Positions 1 to 11,660 of a DNA stretch of 64,000 nt are shown here, in pieces. How positions within the stretch are numbered: the stretch's first letter is position 1; each line of letters opens with the position of its first letter. Made by a program: the position numbers and the translations under genes. This stretch comes from an uncultured Clostridia bacterium (GTDB lineage: Bacteria; Bacillota; Clostridia; TANB77; CAG-508), in contig CAMIVO010000002.1 in the NCBI GenBank assembly GCA_946401865.1, forward strand, positions 2,781 to 66,780. The letters are read 5' to 3'. A model generated the notes under the pieces. The model was not told the DNA's origin. It saw only the letters and a program-made list of their open reading frames with translations, and ran no database searches.

Positions 1-154
1 TTTTGTTGTCCAAAGAATATTTGATTTACTTGCACCTCTAAATTCTCTTACTCTTAAAGTTCCATTAGTATTGTATGGCATAGGATCTGCTTCATTTCTT
101 GTATATATTTCCATTTTATTTGTGTCATTATTAAAAACCAAAATTTTTGCCATA
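1..154 (-). CDS. hypothetical protein, N-terminal part (continues past window start)
   Basis: Minus-strand ATG at ~154 (MAKILVFNNDTNKMEIYTRNEADPMPYNT...) open to position 1; directly downstream of rubredoxin in same orientation. Confidence 0.35.
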
Positions 155-213
155 AAAAAACTCCTTATTCATAAATTTTGTATATTATATGAATAAAGAG
201 TTATTTTTGTTAT

Positions 214-351
214 CTATTCTTCTACTTTTTCAAACATTTCTTTTCCTACACCACATAATGGGCAAACCCATGTATCTGGAAGGTCTTCAAATTTTGTTCC
301 TTCAATTTCTTCATCATATATGTGTCCACAAATTGTACATTTATATTTCAT
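214..351 (-). CDS. rubredoxin (45 aa), missed by ORF track
   Basis: Own translation of minus strand: [45 protein letters not shown]; two CxxCG / CPLCG iron-binding knuckles; GGAGGTG RBS 6 nt upstream of ATG (349-351); immediately downstream of flavodiiron gene. Confidence 0.8.
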   Translation of the reverse strand: MKYKCTICGHIYDEEIEGTKFEDLPDTWVCPLCGVGKEMFEKVEE

Positions 352-383
352 ATTTTTCACCTCCTTGCATTAATAAATTTATA

Positions 384-1532
384 TTAAATATTTTTTGATA
401 ATTCTTCCAATTCTTTTTTATTTTTTTCTTTCATTGTTGACTCAATTGTGATTATTGGTTCAATTATATCAATATCTTTCATTTCTAGCAATATGTTTTT
501 CATTGTTTTTCCTGCAGATGGTGCCCACGAACCGTTTTCTACAATTGCTACTTTTCTTTTCTGATAATTTCTTGATTTCAAATTATTTAAAAAGTTTTCC
601 ATTGGTGGAAAAACACCTGCATTATAGCTTGATGACATTACTATTAATTTACTATATTGAAATGCTTTTGCTACAGCTTGACTAAAATCATCTCTTGTTA
701 AATCTATAAAAATTACATTCTTTTTTTGATTTTTTAGAGCTGTTTCTAGATATCTACCAGCCTCTAAAGTATTTCCATGTATTGAACTACATGCAATTAA
801 TATTCCTTCTTCTTCTGGTTCATAATTGCTCCATTTACAATATTTTTCTATATAGAAACTTAAATTATCTTTTAAAATAAATCCATGTAATGGACAAATC
901 ATTTTTATATTTAAATCTTGTACCTTTTTTAATATTGCTTGTACTTGTGGTCCATATTTTCCTACAATTCCAATATAAAATCTCCTTGCCTCATCTAGCC
1001 ATTTGTCTCCTTCTTTATTAGCCCCAAATTTTCCAAATGCATCTGCTGTGAATAATATTTTTTCTGTTTCATCATATGTAAACATTACTTCTGGCCAATG
1101 TACCATTGGTGCCATAAAAAATTTTAAATTATGAGTACCAATTTGTAATGTTTCACCATCTTTTACTATAACTTTTCTTTTTTCTATATCTATATTTTCG
1201 AAAAATTTAGGCAACATATTAAAAGTCATAGCATTTCCAATTATTTTCATATTAGGGTATTTTTCTGCTAGAATTCCAATATTATATGCATGATCTGGTT
1301 CTAAATGAGATATAATTAAGTAATCTACTTCTTGGCCATCAAGCTCTTTTTTTAGATTTTTTAGCCAAATATCTGTTACACTTTTATCTACCGTATCTAA
1401 TACAATATTTTTTTCATCTTTTATTAAATATGAATTATAACTCATACCATTTGGAACTTTGTATTGACTTTCAAATAAATCTAATTTTTCATCATTTGCA
1501 CCTATATAATATACATTATTTTTTATTTTCAT
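384..1532 (-). CDS. flavodiiron protein (FprA-type A flavoprotein; rubredoxin:oxygen/NO oxidoreductase)
   Basis: N-terminal metallo-beta-lactamase-like domain with HLEPDH di-iron motif, C-terminal flavodoxin domain; operon partner rubredoxin downstream. Confidence 0.85.
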   Translation of the reverse strand: MKIKNNVYYIGANDEKLDLFESQYKVPNGMSYNSYLIKDEKNIVLDTVDKSVTDIWLKNLKKELDGQEVDYLIISHLEPDHAYNIGILAEKYPNMKIIGNAMTFNMLPKFFENIDIEKRKVIVKDGETLQIGTHNLKFFMAPMVHWPEVMFTYDETEKILFTADAFGKFGANKEGDKWLDEARRFYIGIVGKYGPQVQAILKKVQDLNIKMICPLHGFILKDNLSFYIEKYCKWSNYEPEEEGILIACSSIHGNTLEAGRYLETALKNQKKNVIFIDLTRDDFSQAVAKAFQYSKLIVMSSSYNAGVFPPMENFLNNLKSRNYQKRKVAIVENGSWAPSAGKTMKNILLEMKDIDIIEPIITIESTMKEKNKKELEELSKNI

Positions 1533-1600
1533 TTTTTATATAATTCCTTTCAAGTTTCTATTCTTCCTCATTATATCACATAGTTTTTCTATTTACAATT

Positions 1601-2383
1601 CTATATTTCTATAATTCCACCATAATCTATTACTTCTAAATTATCAAAAGAAATAATATTTAAATTTCTTTCTTTTATAAAATTTCTAATTTTATTATCA
1701 TTATCGATTTTCCTTAAATCTCCAGATATAAATATATTGTTTTCAATTCGAGATATTGCGCCACCAATAAAGCCATCCATTAAACTAATTTGATTGTTAT
1801 TAAATAATTTTATATTTAATTTATTTTCAATAAACAGAATATTAAGATTTTTATTTCTTAATTCTTCATAAATACCTCTATCTGAGGTTATTATACTATT
1901 TTCATCTATTACCGCAATTGAGCATTTTGTATATCCTTGTTTAACATTTATTAAATCAAAGTTTTCTTTTTGTAAAATTTCTTTAATTTTTTCATCCGTA
2001 TACTGAAAATTATGTATTGCATATTTTCCTAAGACACATACATTATATTTTATGTCATTTGGATATTTACTTTCTACCTTTGAACTACCTTTAATTATAT
2101 TAATTTCTTTTTCCACTTTACTTTTTATTAAATTAAATTTAGCTGGTTCAACTACTAGATTTTCTTTTATTTTTGTGCAAAAAATATCGGTATGAGAAGA
2201 TATTTCAGGATATACTTCCTTGCTAGTTTCAATTTCTATTAATTTATATCCTAATTCTTTTAATTTATCTTTTTCTTCAATTCTCATTCTATTATCTATA
2301 ATTAGTTCTTTCATTTTATTAATCCTACTTATATAATTTGTTTGTATTTTAACATTTTTATGGTTAGAAATCAAATAAAACAT
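1601..2383 (-). CDS. hypothetical protein (likely true start at MKELIID ~2314)
   Basis: 260-aa ORF, no motif I can confidently assign. Confidence 0.45.
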   Translation of the reverse strand: MFYLISNHKNVKIQTNYISRINKMKELIIDNRMRIEEKDKLKELGYKLIEIETSKEVYPEISSHTDIFCTKIKENLVVEPAKFNLIKSKVEKEINIIKGSSKVESKYPNDIKYNVCVLGKYAIHNFQYTDEKIKEILQKENFDLINVKQGYTKCSIAVIDENSIITSDRGIYEELRNKNLNILFIENKLNIKLFNNNQISLMDGFIGGAISRIENNIFISGDLRKIDNDNKIRNFIKERNLNIISFDNLEVIDYGGIIEI

Positions 2384-2407
2384 CTTTATATTTATTTTTT
2401 ATAATAT

Positions 2408-2447
2408 AAAAAAACCCAAAAGCTATTTCACTTTTAGGTTTTCCTGT
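2408..2447 (-). terminator. intrinsic terminator downstream of hpf
   Basis: minus-strand hairpin cctaaaag...cttttggg followed by U-run. Confidence 0.5.
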
Positions 2448-2484
2448 TTAAATACAAAATTATATAAATTTTAATTTGATAAAA

Positions 2485-3012
2485 TTAAGCTTCTGGTTCT
2501 ACTATACCATAGTTTTTACCATCTTTTAATTTGTAAATTACACAAACTTTATTTGTTTCTAGATTTATAAATGGTAAGAAATTATGTGTTGGTCTTTCTT
2601 GAAGCTCTAACATAGCATCTTCTGGAGCCAATGGTTTTATTTCATAATATCCATATTTTAAAATTTCATTAGTAATTTCTTTTTTAGGTGCTACTTCTTG
2701 ATTTAATTCTTTAATAGAACCTTCTCTCATCATTTTTTCTTTTTTAGTTTTTGCTTTTCTAATTTGTCCTTCTAAAATATCAATTACTTTATCAATAGAT
2801 GCATATAAGTCTTTTTCTTCAGATTCTGCTCTGTACATTTCTCCATTTGCATCAACAACTACTTCAGCAATTTGTTCATTTCTTTCTGTTCTAACAGTAA
2901 CTTCTGCTGTTGAATTTTCAAAATACTTTTCAATTCTTTCTAGTTTTCTTTCTACATATTCATTAATTGCTTCTGTAACTTCAATTCCTTTACCTAAAAT
3001 TTTTATTTCCAT
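2485..3012 (-). CDS. hpf: ribosome hibernation promoting factor, long form
   Basis: MEIKILGKGIEVTEAINEYVERKLERIEKYF...; 175 aa with C-terminal dimerisation extension typical of long HPF. Confidence 0.9.
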   Translation of the reverse strand: MEIKILGKGIEVTEAINEYVERKLERIEKYFENSTAEVTVRTERNEQIAEVVVDANGEMYRAESEEKDLYASIDKVIDILEGQIRKAKTKKEKMMREGSIKELNQEVAPKKEITNEILKYGYYEIKPLAPEDAMLELQERPTHNFLPFINLETNKVCVIYKLKDGKNYGIVEPEA

Positions 3013-3087
3013 AAGTCACTCCTCCTTCTTTTTCTACATTATATATGTAATTTATTTTTTTTGCAAGTAGTATTTGAAAAATACTAT

Positions 3088-6000
3088 TTAGCTAAACAAC
3101 TTCATTATCTCCTCTTGACTAAATTTGCTAATAAATGAGGTTTTCGTAGAAAGCATATTATCAATTAAATCTGCCTTTTTTTGTTGAAGTTCATAAATCT
3201 TTTCTTCTATTGAATTAGATGTTATTAATTTATAAACTTGAACATTGTTTTTTTGACCAATTCTGTATGCTCTATCAGTTGCTTGGTTTTCTGCTGATTG
3301 ATTCCACCAAGGATCATAATGTATTACCATATCTGCACCTGTTAAATTAAGTCCTGTTCCACCTGCTTTTAATGAAATTAAAAATATTTTTATTTCATCA
3401 TTTTTATTAAATTCTTCTACTAATTCTATTCTTTCGCTGACTTTGGTTTCTCCTGTAAGTTTAAAATATTTTATATTTCTTTCAGATAATTGTTTTTGAA
3501 TTATTTCAAACATTGAAGTATAACCTGAAAATAATAAAATTTTATGGCCTGCAGAAATTGCATCTTCAATTATTTCCATACATTGGTTAAGCTTACTAGA
3601 TTCGCCTTTATAGTTATCTATAAATAAGCTTGGGTGACAACATATTTGTCTTAATCTAGTTAAAGCTGCAAGTATCATAATTTGGCTTTTTTCAAACCCA
3701 TTTACTTTTATTTGGTCTGCAACTTCTTGTTTTGCTTGTGCTAAATATGTCATGTATATTTTTTCTTGTTCTTCTTCCATTGTATTATTTAGTACTGTAA
3801 TAGTCTTTTCTGGAAGTTCTGTTAAAACTTCTTTTTTAGTTCTTCTTAAAACAAATGGCTCAATAAGCATTTTCAATTTTGCCATTACATCTTGATCATT
3901 ATCTCTTACTATTGGCGATTCATACGAGTTCTTAAATTTTCTATATTGGAATAAATATCCAGGCATTATAAAATCAAATATTGACCATAATTCAGCAAGA
4001 GAATTTTCAATTGGAGTACCAGTTAAAGCAAACCTAGTCTCTCCTTTTAAACTTTTAATAGCTTTTGCATTTTGTGTTCTACTATTTTTTAAATATTGTG
4101 CTTCATCTGCAATTACGTATTTAAAATTATAATTTTTTTCTTCATATTTTTCGCTATCTCTTTTTAATAAATCATATGATGTTATTATTAAATCATATTT
4201 TTCAAGATTTTGAATTTGTTGTATTCTTTCATTCGCTTTTCCAGAAACAACCTTGACTTTTAAACTTGGTGCAAATTTTGATGCTTCTTGTAACCAGTTT
4301 AGAGAAAGCGAACTTGGTGATATAACAATACTTGTTTTTCTGTTTTCTTTGTTTTCATTCACATATGCAACTAATATAGATAATATTTGTAAGGTTTTTC
4401 CAAGACCCATGTCATCTGCAAGTATACCTCCAAATCTATAGTTATCTAAAGTTTCTAACCATTTAAACCCTATTTTTTGGTACTCTCTTAAAGTAGCATT
4501 TATATTTCTTGGAATTTCTATCTGATCATCTATATTATCTTTTTCAAGATTTTCTATTATTTGTTTATATTCACCGTTTTTTGTTGTTTTAGTAGTTTTA
4601 AATTTTTTTAATAATTCATTTAAATATAAGCTTCTATTTACTGGTAATTTTATTGTATTATTTTTTATATCTTTATAGTCAATATCCATTCCAGATGTAA
4701 GCTTATCTAAAAACTCTATGTCCTCATTTTCATCTAAATTCAAAAATTCACCATTTTTTAATCTATGGAATTTTTTCTTTAATTTATATTTTAGCATAAC
4801 ATCTTCTATTTCATCTGGTGAAATATTTAATTTATCTAAATCAATATTTAAAAGATTATTTTCTACTTTTACTCCTAAAGTCCCAATTTTAGGCTCTCTT
4901 ATTTGTTTAGTTTTAAAATTATCTGTAACTAAAACTTCAAATTTTTGCATATAAAAATTTATTTCATCTGTTAGAAAATTATATATTTTTTCATCATCTG
5001 GTAAAATAAATCTGTTATTTTTAATATCTAACATGAATCCCGTTTTTTGAAAAACATTAAGATTTCTATTTTCTTCAAGCTCATTTCTTAGAGCTTTTAC
5101 ATTGTTTTTCTTTATTATAGGATTAAATTCTTCATCTCCATAGCAAAATTTTACATCCATTGTTAAAAAATTATTATCGTCAAAGTCTAAAAACACTTTA
5201 ACTGCCAATTTTTGAGGTTTATATTGTTCAAGTTCTTCTGGGAGTATTCCTTGAATCTTGACAGAATTCTTTATTTTTGGCATAACCACAGAGTAAAAAT
5301 CTTTTAAATCCTCTTTTCGAAGTAGCATTTCAGATGTATAATTTTCTCTATATGATTTTATTAATTTTAAGGTAGAATTATTAAAATCTTTACTACATCT
5401 ATATAATTTATTATCTTTTAGTACATATGTATAATTTTTTCCATTAAATATATGAATTTTAAAAATATCTACATTTGGTGTTAATGATAGTTCGTTTTCA
5501 TTTAGTTTTGATAATTCAAATTCTATATTAGGATTATTTTCTACAAATTCTAATTTTGTGTTTGTATAATCATATGAAAATTGAACTTTTTTATTTTTTA
5601 ATATATCAAAAGCCTCGTCCAATAAGCTTTCTCCTAGTACAATAACAGATTTATTTATAGAAGATCCTGAGTAATAATTATACCTATTTGACATTGTTGA
5701 ATATTTTAAAATTTCAGCATATTTCAAAATAAATTCTAAAAGGTCTCTTGAGTCCTCTTCAAAATTTTCTCTTGAATGAACAAATTCTAATTTATCTCCG
5801 TATTTAGCATATTCATTATTTACTACTTTTGAATAAAATTCTGTTAAATCCTTTATTTTGTACATTCTACTAGTTCCTATTTTAAAGTCTAATTTCATTC
5901 CATATGAAAATTTGTCATATTCAAGTCTTGTTTCTATTTTTACTTTTTCATTTCCTTGTAAATAATTATTTTGCTCTTTATTTATTTCCTCTAATTCTTC

Positions 6001-6408
6001 ATTATAAAAAGAATTAATCATATTATTAAAATTTTTGTATTTAAAACTATTTAATGTGTTTTTTTTCTGATTAACTAACATATCATCTTCTGAATCATGA
6101 TTCCAGAATTTAGTTTGCTCAAATCTCATTAAAGTTGCTAAAATATGTTTACAAATATTATAATTACTATAATAATCCATACATTCACATGATGCTACAT
6201 CAAGTTCACCATTTCTAACTTCTATTTCTACAGTATAATCATCAGAATTTCCACTAACTATTGATTTTATACTAAAATTATTAGGATTTTCATAATCTGC
6301 TTTAATAATATTTATTTTTCCGTGATTTAAATAACCTTTTGCTCTTGTTATTCTAGCTTCTCCAGCATCATTATATATCTCTTGTGTTAATTCTCTATTT
6401 ATTAGCAT
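3088..6408 (-). CDS. SNF2-family helicase with N-terminal SWIM zinc finger
   Basis: SWIM CxC..CxH (SCECMDYYSNYNICKH); helicase motifs ILADDMGLGKTLQ, DEAQYLKN, LTGTPIEN, helicase-C block GGTGLNLTGADMVIHYDPWWN...TDRAYRIGQ. Confidence 0.85.
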   Translation of the reverse strand: MLINRELTQEIYNDAGEARITRAKGYLNHGKINIIKADYENPNNFSIKSIVSGNSDDYTVEIEVRNGELDVASCECMDYYSNYNICKHILATLMRFEQTKFWNHDSEDDMLVNQKKNTLNSFKYKNFNNMINSFYNEELEEINKEQNNYLQGNEKVKIETRLEYDKFSYGMKLDFKIGTSRMYKIKDLTEFYSKVVNNEYAKYGDKLEFVHSRENFEEDSRDLLEFILKYAEILKYSTMSNRYNYYSGSSINKSVIVLGESLLDEAFDILKNKKVQFSYDYTNTKLEFVENNPNIEFELSKLNENELSLTPNVDIFKIHIFNGKNYTYVLKDNKLYRCSKDFNNSTLKLIKSYRENYTSEMLLRKEDLKDFYSVVMPKIKNSVKIQGILPEELEQYKPQKLAVKVFLDFDDNNFLTMDVKFCYGDEEFNPIIKKNNVKALRNELEENRNLNVFQKTGFMLDIKNNRFILPDDEKIYNFLTDEINFYMQKFEVLVTDNFKTKQIREPKIGTLGVKVENNLLNIDLDKLNISPDEIEDVMLKYKLKKKFHRLKNGEFLNLDENEDIEFLDKLTSGMDIDYKDIKNNTIKLPVNRSLYLNELLKKFKTTKTTKNGEYKQIIENLEKDNIDDQIEIPRNINATLREYQKIGFKWLETLDNYRFGGILADDMGLGKTLQILSILVAYVNENKENRKTSIVISPSSLSLNWLQEASKFAPSLKVKVVSGKANERIQQIQNLEKYDLIITSYDLLKRDSEKYEEKNYNFKYVIADEAQYLKNSRTQNAKAIKSLKGETRFALTGTPIENSLAELWSIFDFIMPGYLFQYRKFKNSYESPIVRDNDQDVMAKLKMLIEPFVLRRTKKEVLTELPEKTITVLNNTMEEEQEKIYMTYLAQAKQEVADQIKVNGFEKSQIMILAALTRLRQICCHPSLFIDNYKGESSKLNQCMEIIEDAISAGHKILLFSGYTSMFEIIQKQLSERNIKYFKLTGETKVSERIELVEEFNKNDEIKIFLISLKAGGTGLNLTGADMVIHYDPWWNQSAENQATDRAYRIGQKNNVQVYKLITSNSIEEKIYELQQKKADLIDNMLSTKTSFISKFSQEEIMKLFS

Positions 6409-6525
6409 AGAAACTCCTTCACAATCAATTTTGAAATTTTATTATACTATAAATTTATTGATTTTACAATAGTTTTAAAGAAGTTTAAAAAAAATATTGT
6501 TACTTTACAATTCGCAATATATTAA

Positions 6526-6707
6526 AAGTACACAATAAAAATAATTGATTGAAGCGAATGTGAAACAATCTAGCGTAATTTCTTAATCAATTTTAGGACA
6601 AGAGTTCATTTTGCGAAGCAACAATGGAAGGGAGTCCATAAATTGATTTAGAAATTAGCGTTGATTGGCTGAAGCCGAGCAAAATCAATTATTTTTATTG
6701 TGTACTT
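6526..6707. repeat. 182-bp element bounded by perfect 25-bp terminal inverted repeats (MITE-like or structured RNA)
   Basis: aagtacacaataaaaataattgatt at 6526-6550 and exact reverse complement at 6683-6707; the 132-bp interior is GC-richer than surroundings. Confidence 0.5.
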
Positions 6708-6920
6708 AAGATATAAACTGTAAATCATAGGATAAATAATAAGAACTGTTAGCTTAGTACAATTCTAATTGTATACAACAAATAAATCACACTTAAAGCA
6801 ATCCCTTTTTTTCGTTCTATAATATACTTTTTCTCAAGTTTTTGAATAATTATCATCTCCATTATAATTACAATTAAAAATAACAGAGAAACATTAAACC
6901 CGTTATCATAATTAATTGGT

Positions 6921-7703
6921 TTAATAATTCCGACCTATTCCTGGAAGTAAACAAATATTAAAAATATTTGAACCTATTACATTACCAAGTGCTAAGTCAC
7001 TTTTTTTATTAATAGATGCAACCAATGAAGTTATAATTTCAGGCAGACTAGTTCCAATTGCTACAATTGTTATACTAACAATAGCTTCACTTAAATTAAA
7101 AATATTTGCAATTTGGATTGCACCATCTACAACAAAATCAGCCCCATATTTTAGAAATATTGCACCTACTAATAGATAACTAAATATTTTAAAATTGGAA
7201 ATTATTTTTTCATTTTCTTGAACTTTATCTTGATCAACTTTACTATTTCTATTTTCAACTTTTCCCTCATAAAGTGTATAAATAATATAACCTATGCTTA
7301 ATAGTATTAAAGCAAATGCTTCTATTCTAGTTATTTGATTCTGACCTCCAAAATTACAAAATATTCCTAAAATAACTACACTTATTATTGAAATTGGGAA
7401 ATGTATTTTAATTAGTCTTTTATCTATAAAAACAGGTTTACAAATTGACGCAATTCCTACAACTAATAAAATATTACAAATAGAACTACCTATTCCATTT
7501 CCTATTACTATATCTGATTTTCCAAGAATAGCAGACTTTATAGTTATTATTATCTCTGGCAAACTGGTTCCAATACCCACAATTAGTATTCCAATAATCA
7601 TTTCAGATATTTTCAATTTTTTTGCAAGTCCTGTTGCTCCTTTTACCATAAAATCCGCACCTTTTACTAACAAAACAAAACCTATTATCAATAAAAAAAT
7701 CAT
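6921..7703 (-). CDS. sodium/calcium exchanger (CaCA family) membrane protein
   Basis: Two alpha-repeat signatures GNGIGSSI and GNVIGSNIFNI; multi-TM hydrophobic profile. Confidence 0.7.
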   Translation of the reverse strand: MIFLLIIGFVLLVKGADFMVKGATGLAKKLKISEMIIGILIVGIGTSLPEIIITIKSAILGKSDIVIGNGIGSSICNILLVVGIASICKPVFIDKRLIKIHFPISIISVVILGIFCNFGGQNQITRIEAFALILLSIGYIIYTLYEGKVENRNSKVDQDKVQENEKIISNFKIFSYLLVGAIFLKYGADFVVDGAIQIANIFNLSEAIVSITIVAIGTSLPEIITSLVASINKKSDLALGNVIGSNIFNICLLPGIGRNY

Positions 7704-7757
7704 ATAAATATAGTTTCCTTTCTATATTTATATGATTTGTAATTTTCTTTTTTATAT

Positions 7758-8960
7758 TCAGTTTATTTTTAATTGTTTTATTCTATTTATTGCCTCTATT
7801 GAGTTTTCTTTTGTTCCAAACGCAGTTAGTCTAAGAAAGCCTTCTCCAAATACTCCGAATCCACTTCCTGGTGTTCCAACTACATTGGCCTTTTCTAAAA
7901 GCTCGTCAAAAAATTCCCAAGAAGTCATATTATTTGGTGTTTTAAGCCAAACATAAGGTGAATTTATTCCTCCATATACAGTAAACCCTGCTTCAATTAA
8001 CCCTTCTTTAATAATTTTAGCATTTTCTAAATAATCTTTTATATTTGCTTTAATCTGTTTCCTTCCTTCTTCTGAATATACCGCTTCTGCCGCTCTTTGT
8101 ATGACATACGCTGTTCCATTAAACTTCGTAGTAGTTCTTCTATTCCATAATTTGTTCATTTCAACTAAATCACCAGATTTAGTGTATCCTTTCACACTTT
8201 TTGGTATAACTACATATCCACATCTTAATCCTGTAAATCCTGCTGTTTTTGAATAACTTTTAAATTCTATTGCCACTTCTTTTGCACCTTCAATTTCATA
8301 TATGCTATGAGGAATGTTTTCTTCTGTAATAAATGCTTCATATGCAGCATCATATAATATAATTGATTTATTTTCTATAGCATAATCAACAAATTTTTTT
8401 AAATTTTGTTTTGAAATTGCCATACCTGTTGGATTATTTGGAAAGCATAAATATATTATATCTACCTTTTCTGTAGGTAATTCTGGTACAAAATTATTTT
8501 TTTCTAACACTGGCAAATATACAATATTTTTCTTTTTTCCTGACATAATATTTGTATCTACATAAACAGGATATACGGGATCTGTAATTGCTATTTTATT
8601 GTCTTCACCAAATATTTCAACAATATTACCACAATCACACTTTGCTCCATCTGATACAAATATTTCATCTAATTCAATTCCTAAATCTTTATATTCATTT
8701 TCAACAATTGCTTTTCTTAAAAATTCATATCCTTGTTCTGGCCCATAACCTCTAAATCCTTCAGAAGTTCCCATCTCATCTACTGCTTTATGCATAGCTT
8801 GAATAACAGCAGGAACAATAGGTTTTGTTACATCCCCTATTCCCAATTTTATAATTTTTTTATCTGGATTATTTTTTTGATATTCAGCTACCTTTTTGGC
8901 AATTGTTGAAAATAGATAACTATCTTCTAATTCTAAATAATTCTCATTAATTTTTGCCAT
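7758..8960 (-). CDS. dapL: LL-diaminopimelate aminotransferase
   Basis: [24 protein letters not shown]... N-terminus and aminotransferase class I fold; adjacent dapF. Confidence 0.85.
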   Translation of the reverse strand: MAKINENYLELEDSYLFSTIAKKVAEYQKNNPDKKIIKLGIGDVTKPIVPAVIQAMHKAVDEMGTSEGFRGYGPEQGYEFLRKAIVENEYKDLGIELDEIFVSDGAKCDCGNIVEIFGEDNKIAITDPVYPVYVDTNIMSGKKKNIVYLPVLEKNNFVPELPTEKVDIIYLCFPNNPTGMAISKQNLKKFVDYAIENKSIILYDAAYEAFITEENIPHSIYEIEGAKEVAIEFKSYSKTAGFTGLRCGYVVIPKSVKGYTKSGDLVEMNKLWNRRTTTKFNGTAYVIQRAAEAVYSEEGRKQIKANIKDYLENAKIIKEGLIEAGFTVYGGINSPYVWLKTPNNMTSWEFFDELLEKANVVGTPGSGFGVFGEGFLRLTAFGTKENSIEAINRIKQLKIN

Positions 8961-9035
8961 TTTAATTTTTCTCCTTTAATATTTTAAATTTTAACATTTA
9001 CCTTTAACAACGCAAGACGAAGTTTTTCATTTGTT

Positions 9036-9884
9036 TTAAGGTAAATATCCTTCAAAAACAGTAGTTGCAGGACCTGTCATATACACATGGTTATTTTCGT
9101 TATTCCATTCAATTTCTAGGTCTCCACCTAAAAGTTTCACTGTAACCTTCCTTTGTGTATAATTATTTAACATTGCAGATACTGCAACAGCACATGCACC
9201 TGTTCCACAAGCCAAAGTTTCTCCTGCTCCTCTTTCCCATACTCTCATTTTAAGATTTTTATCATCTATTATATTCACAAATTCAATATTAGCTTTATTT
9301 GGAAAAGCCTTATCTATTTCAAGAATTCTACCATATTTACAGATATCAAAATTATTGACATCTTCTTTTATAAATGTAATTGCATGTGGATTTCCCATAG
9401 ATACACAAGAAAATTTAAATTCTCTATCTTCTGCTTTTAAAATCAAATTTTTTACCGGATTTTCTTGTGTAATAACAGGAATTCTTTCAGGGTCTAAAAT
9501 AGGCTCTCCCATATCTACTTTTGCTAGCTTTATTTTTCCATTTTCTTCTTTCATTTCTAGTATTTTAATTCCTGCCAATGTTTCTATAGATATTGTTGTT
9601 TTATCTGTTAATCCATTATCATACACAAATTTTCCCACACATCTTATGCCATTTCCACACATTTCAGCTTCTGAACCATCTGAATTAAACATTTGCATTT
9701 TGAAATCTGCTATTTTAGATGGACATATTAATATTAATCCATCTGACCCAATTCCAAAATGTCTATCACTTACAAATTTAGCTAGTTCAGTTCTATTTTC
9801 AATATTTTGATTAATTGCGTCCATATAAACATAATCATTGCCTAAGCCATGCATTTTAGTGAACTTTAACATAATTTCCTCCAA
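9036..9884 (-). CDS. dapF: diaminopimelate epimerase (start probably MLKF at ~9872)
   Basis: [18 protein letters not shown] signature; two catalytic Cys regions ([21 protein letters not shown]). Confidence 0.85.
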   Translation of the reverse strand: MEEIMLKFTKMHGLGNDYVYMDAINQNIENRTELAKFVSDRHFGIGSDGLILICPSKIADFKMQMFNSDGSEAEMCGNGIRCVGKFVYDNGLTDKTTISIETLAGIKILEMKEENGKIKLAKVDMGEPILDPERIPVITQENPVKNLILKAEDREFKFSCVSMGNPHAITFIKEDVNNFDICKYGRILEIDKAFPNKANIEFVNIIDDKNLKMRVWERGAGETLACGTGACAVAVSAMLNNYTQRKVTVKLLGGDLEIEWNNENNHVYMTGPATTVFEGYLP

Positions 9885-9895
9885 TTCATTTTTTA

Positions 9896-11507
9896 TTAAA
9901 TATTCTTATGTTTTTTTGCAGAATTGATTAATTCAACAAATAATGGTGCTGGTCTATTTGGTCTTGATTTTAATTCTGGATGAAATTGGCCAGCAATAAA
10001 GTATGGATGATTTTTTAATTCTACAATTTCTACCAATTGTCCATCAGGAGATGTTCCTGAACATATTAATCCTGCTTCTTCTATTTTCTTTTTATATTCA
10101 TTGTTAAATTCAAATCTATGTCTATGTCTTTCATCAATTTTTTCTTTATTATACACCTTATAAGCTAAAGAATCCTTTTTTATAATACATGGATAACTTC
10201 CAAGTCTCATTGTTCCACCTTTTTTATATATGTTTTTTTGCTCCTCCATAATATGTATAACTGGATTATTTGTAGTAGTACTAAATTCAGCAGAATTTGC
10301 ATCTTTTAATCCTAAAACATTTCTAGCAAATTCAACTACTGCCATTTGCATTCCTAAACATATTCCCAAAAATGGTATTTTGTTTTCTCTTGCATATTTT
10401 ATTGTTTCTATTTTTCCTTCTATTCCTCTATTGCCAAATCCTCCAGGTACAATAATTCCGTCTATATCTTTTAATTTTTCTTTAACCGTATTTTCTGTAA
10501 TTGTTTCACAATCTATTAATTTAACATCAACTTTTACATCATTTTTATAACTTGCATGGTGTAAACTTTCTATTACTGATATATATGAATCTTCTAACTT
10601 TACATATTTTCCAACTATTGCAATTTTTACTTTATTTTCATTTTTTATACTTTTTATTTTATTAATCATTTCTTGCCATTCTGAGTTGTCAGGAACATAA
10701 TTATCTAATCTTAAATGATTACAAACTTCTCTTCCTAAGCCCTCCTTCTCAAGTAGTAAAGGGACCTCATATAAATTATCTGCTGTTAAATTTTGAATTA
10801 CACTAGTTTTTCTTACATTACAAAATAATGCAATCTTCTCTCTTATGTTATTTGGTATTTCGATTTCTGTTCTACAAACTAAAATATTTGGTTTTATTCC
10901 CAAACTTTGTAATTCTTTGACAGAGTGTTGTGTAGGCTTAGACTTAATTTCATTTGAACCTGTAATATATGGGAGCAGTGTTACATGTATATACAAAACA
11001 TCTTCTGGATTTTTTTCAAGACCAACTTGTCTAATTGCCTCTATAATAGATATGCCTTCTATATCTCCAATAGTACCTCCAATTTCTGTAATCACTATGT
11101 CTATTTCTTTGTCTTCAAAACTATATATATTAGATTTTATTTCATTTGTAACATGTGGTATAACTTGAACTGTTTTTCCTAAATAGTCTCCTCTTCTTTC
11201 TTTATCTATTACATTTGAATAGATTTTTCCCATAGTTACACTTGAATTTTTAGTTAAATTTTCATCTGTAAATCTTTCATAATGACCTAAATCAAGGTCT
11301 GTTTCTGCACCATCATCTGTTACAAAAACCTCTCCATGTTCATATGGATTCATTGTTCCTGGATCAACATTTAAATATGGGTCAAATTTTTGTATTGCAA
11401 CTTTATATCCTCTGTTTTTTAAAAGCCTACCAAGAGATGCAGCAGTTATCCCTTTACCTAATCCAGATACAACTCCTCCTGTAATAAAAATGTATTTTGT
11501 ATTCATA
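9896..11507 (-). CDS. pyrG: CTP synthase (true start MNTKYIF ~11506, ORF-track N-extension is spurious)
   Basis: [27 protein letters not shown]-loop start; C-terminal glutamine amidotransferase (GICLGMQ); GGGAGGAG RBS before internal Met. Confidence 0.9.
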
Positions 11508-11660
11508 TGCTCCTCCCTTCTAAAAACAAAAATAGACCTAAAAGAAAACCTTACTTTATTGGTTTTTTTTAAGTCTATAATTAATTTTTTATATAATAAC
11601 ATTTTTTTTTTCATAAATCAATAATTTTTTAATATTTTTTTTAAATACACAACAAAAATA

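Noticed and set aside
189-398. 69-aa + strand ORF from the track
   Set aside because: It is the antisense shadow of the minus-strand rubredoxin gene (214..351), which has a proper RBS and Cys motifs.
10230-11182. + strand ORFs inside pyrG (10230..10550, 10845..11168, 10985..11182) and similar antisense ORFs inside other long genes (e.g. 28346..29304, 31850..32221)
   Set aside because: They are antisense to well-supported conserved genes. They have hydrophobic low-complexity translations typical of AT-rich antisense frames.
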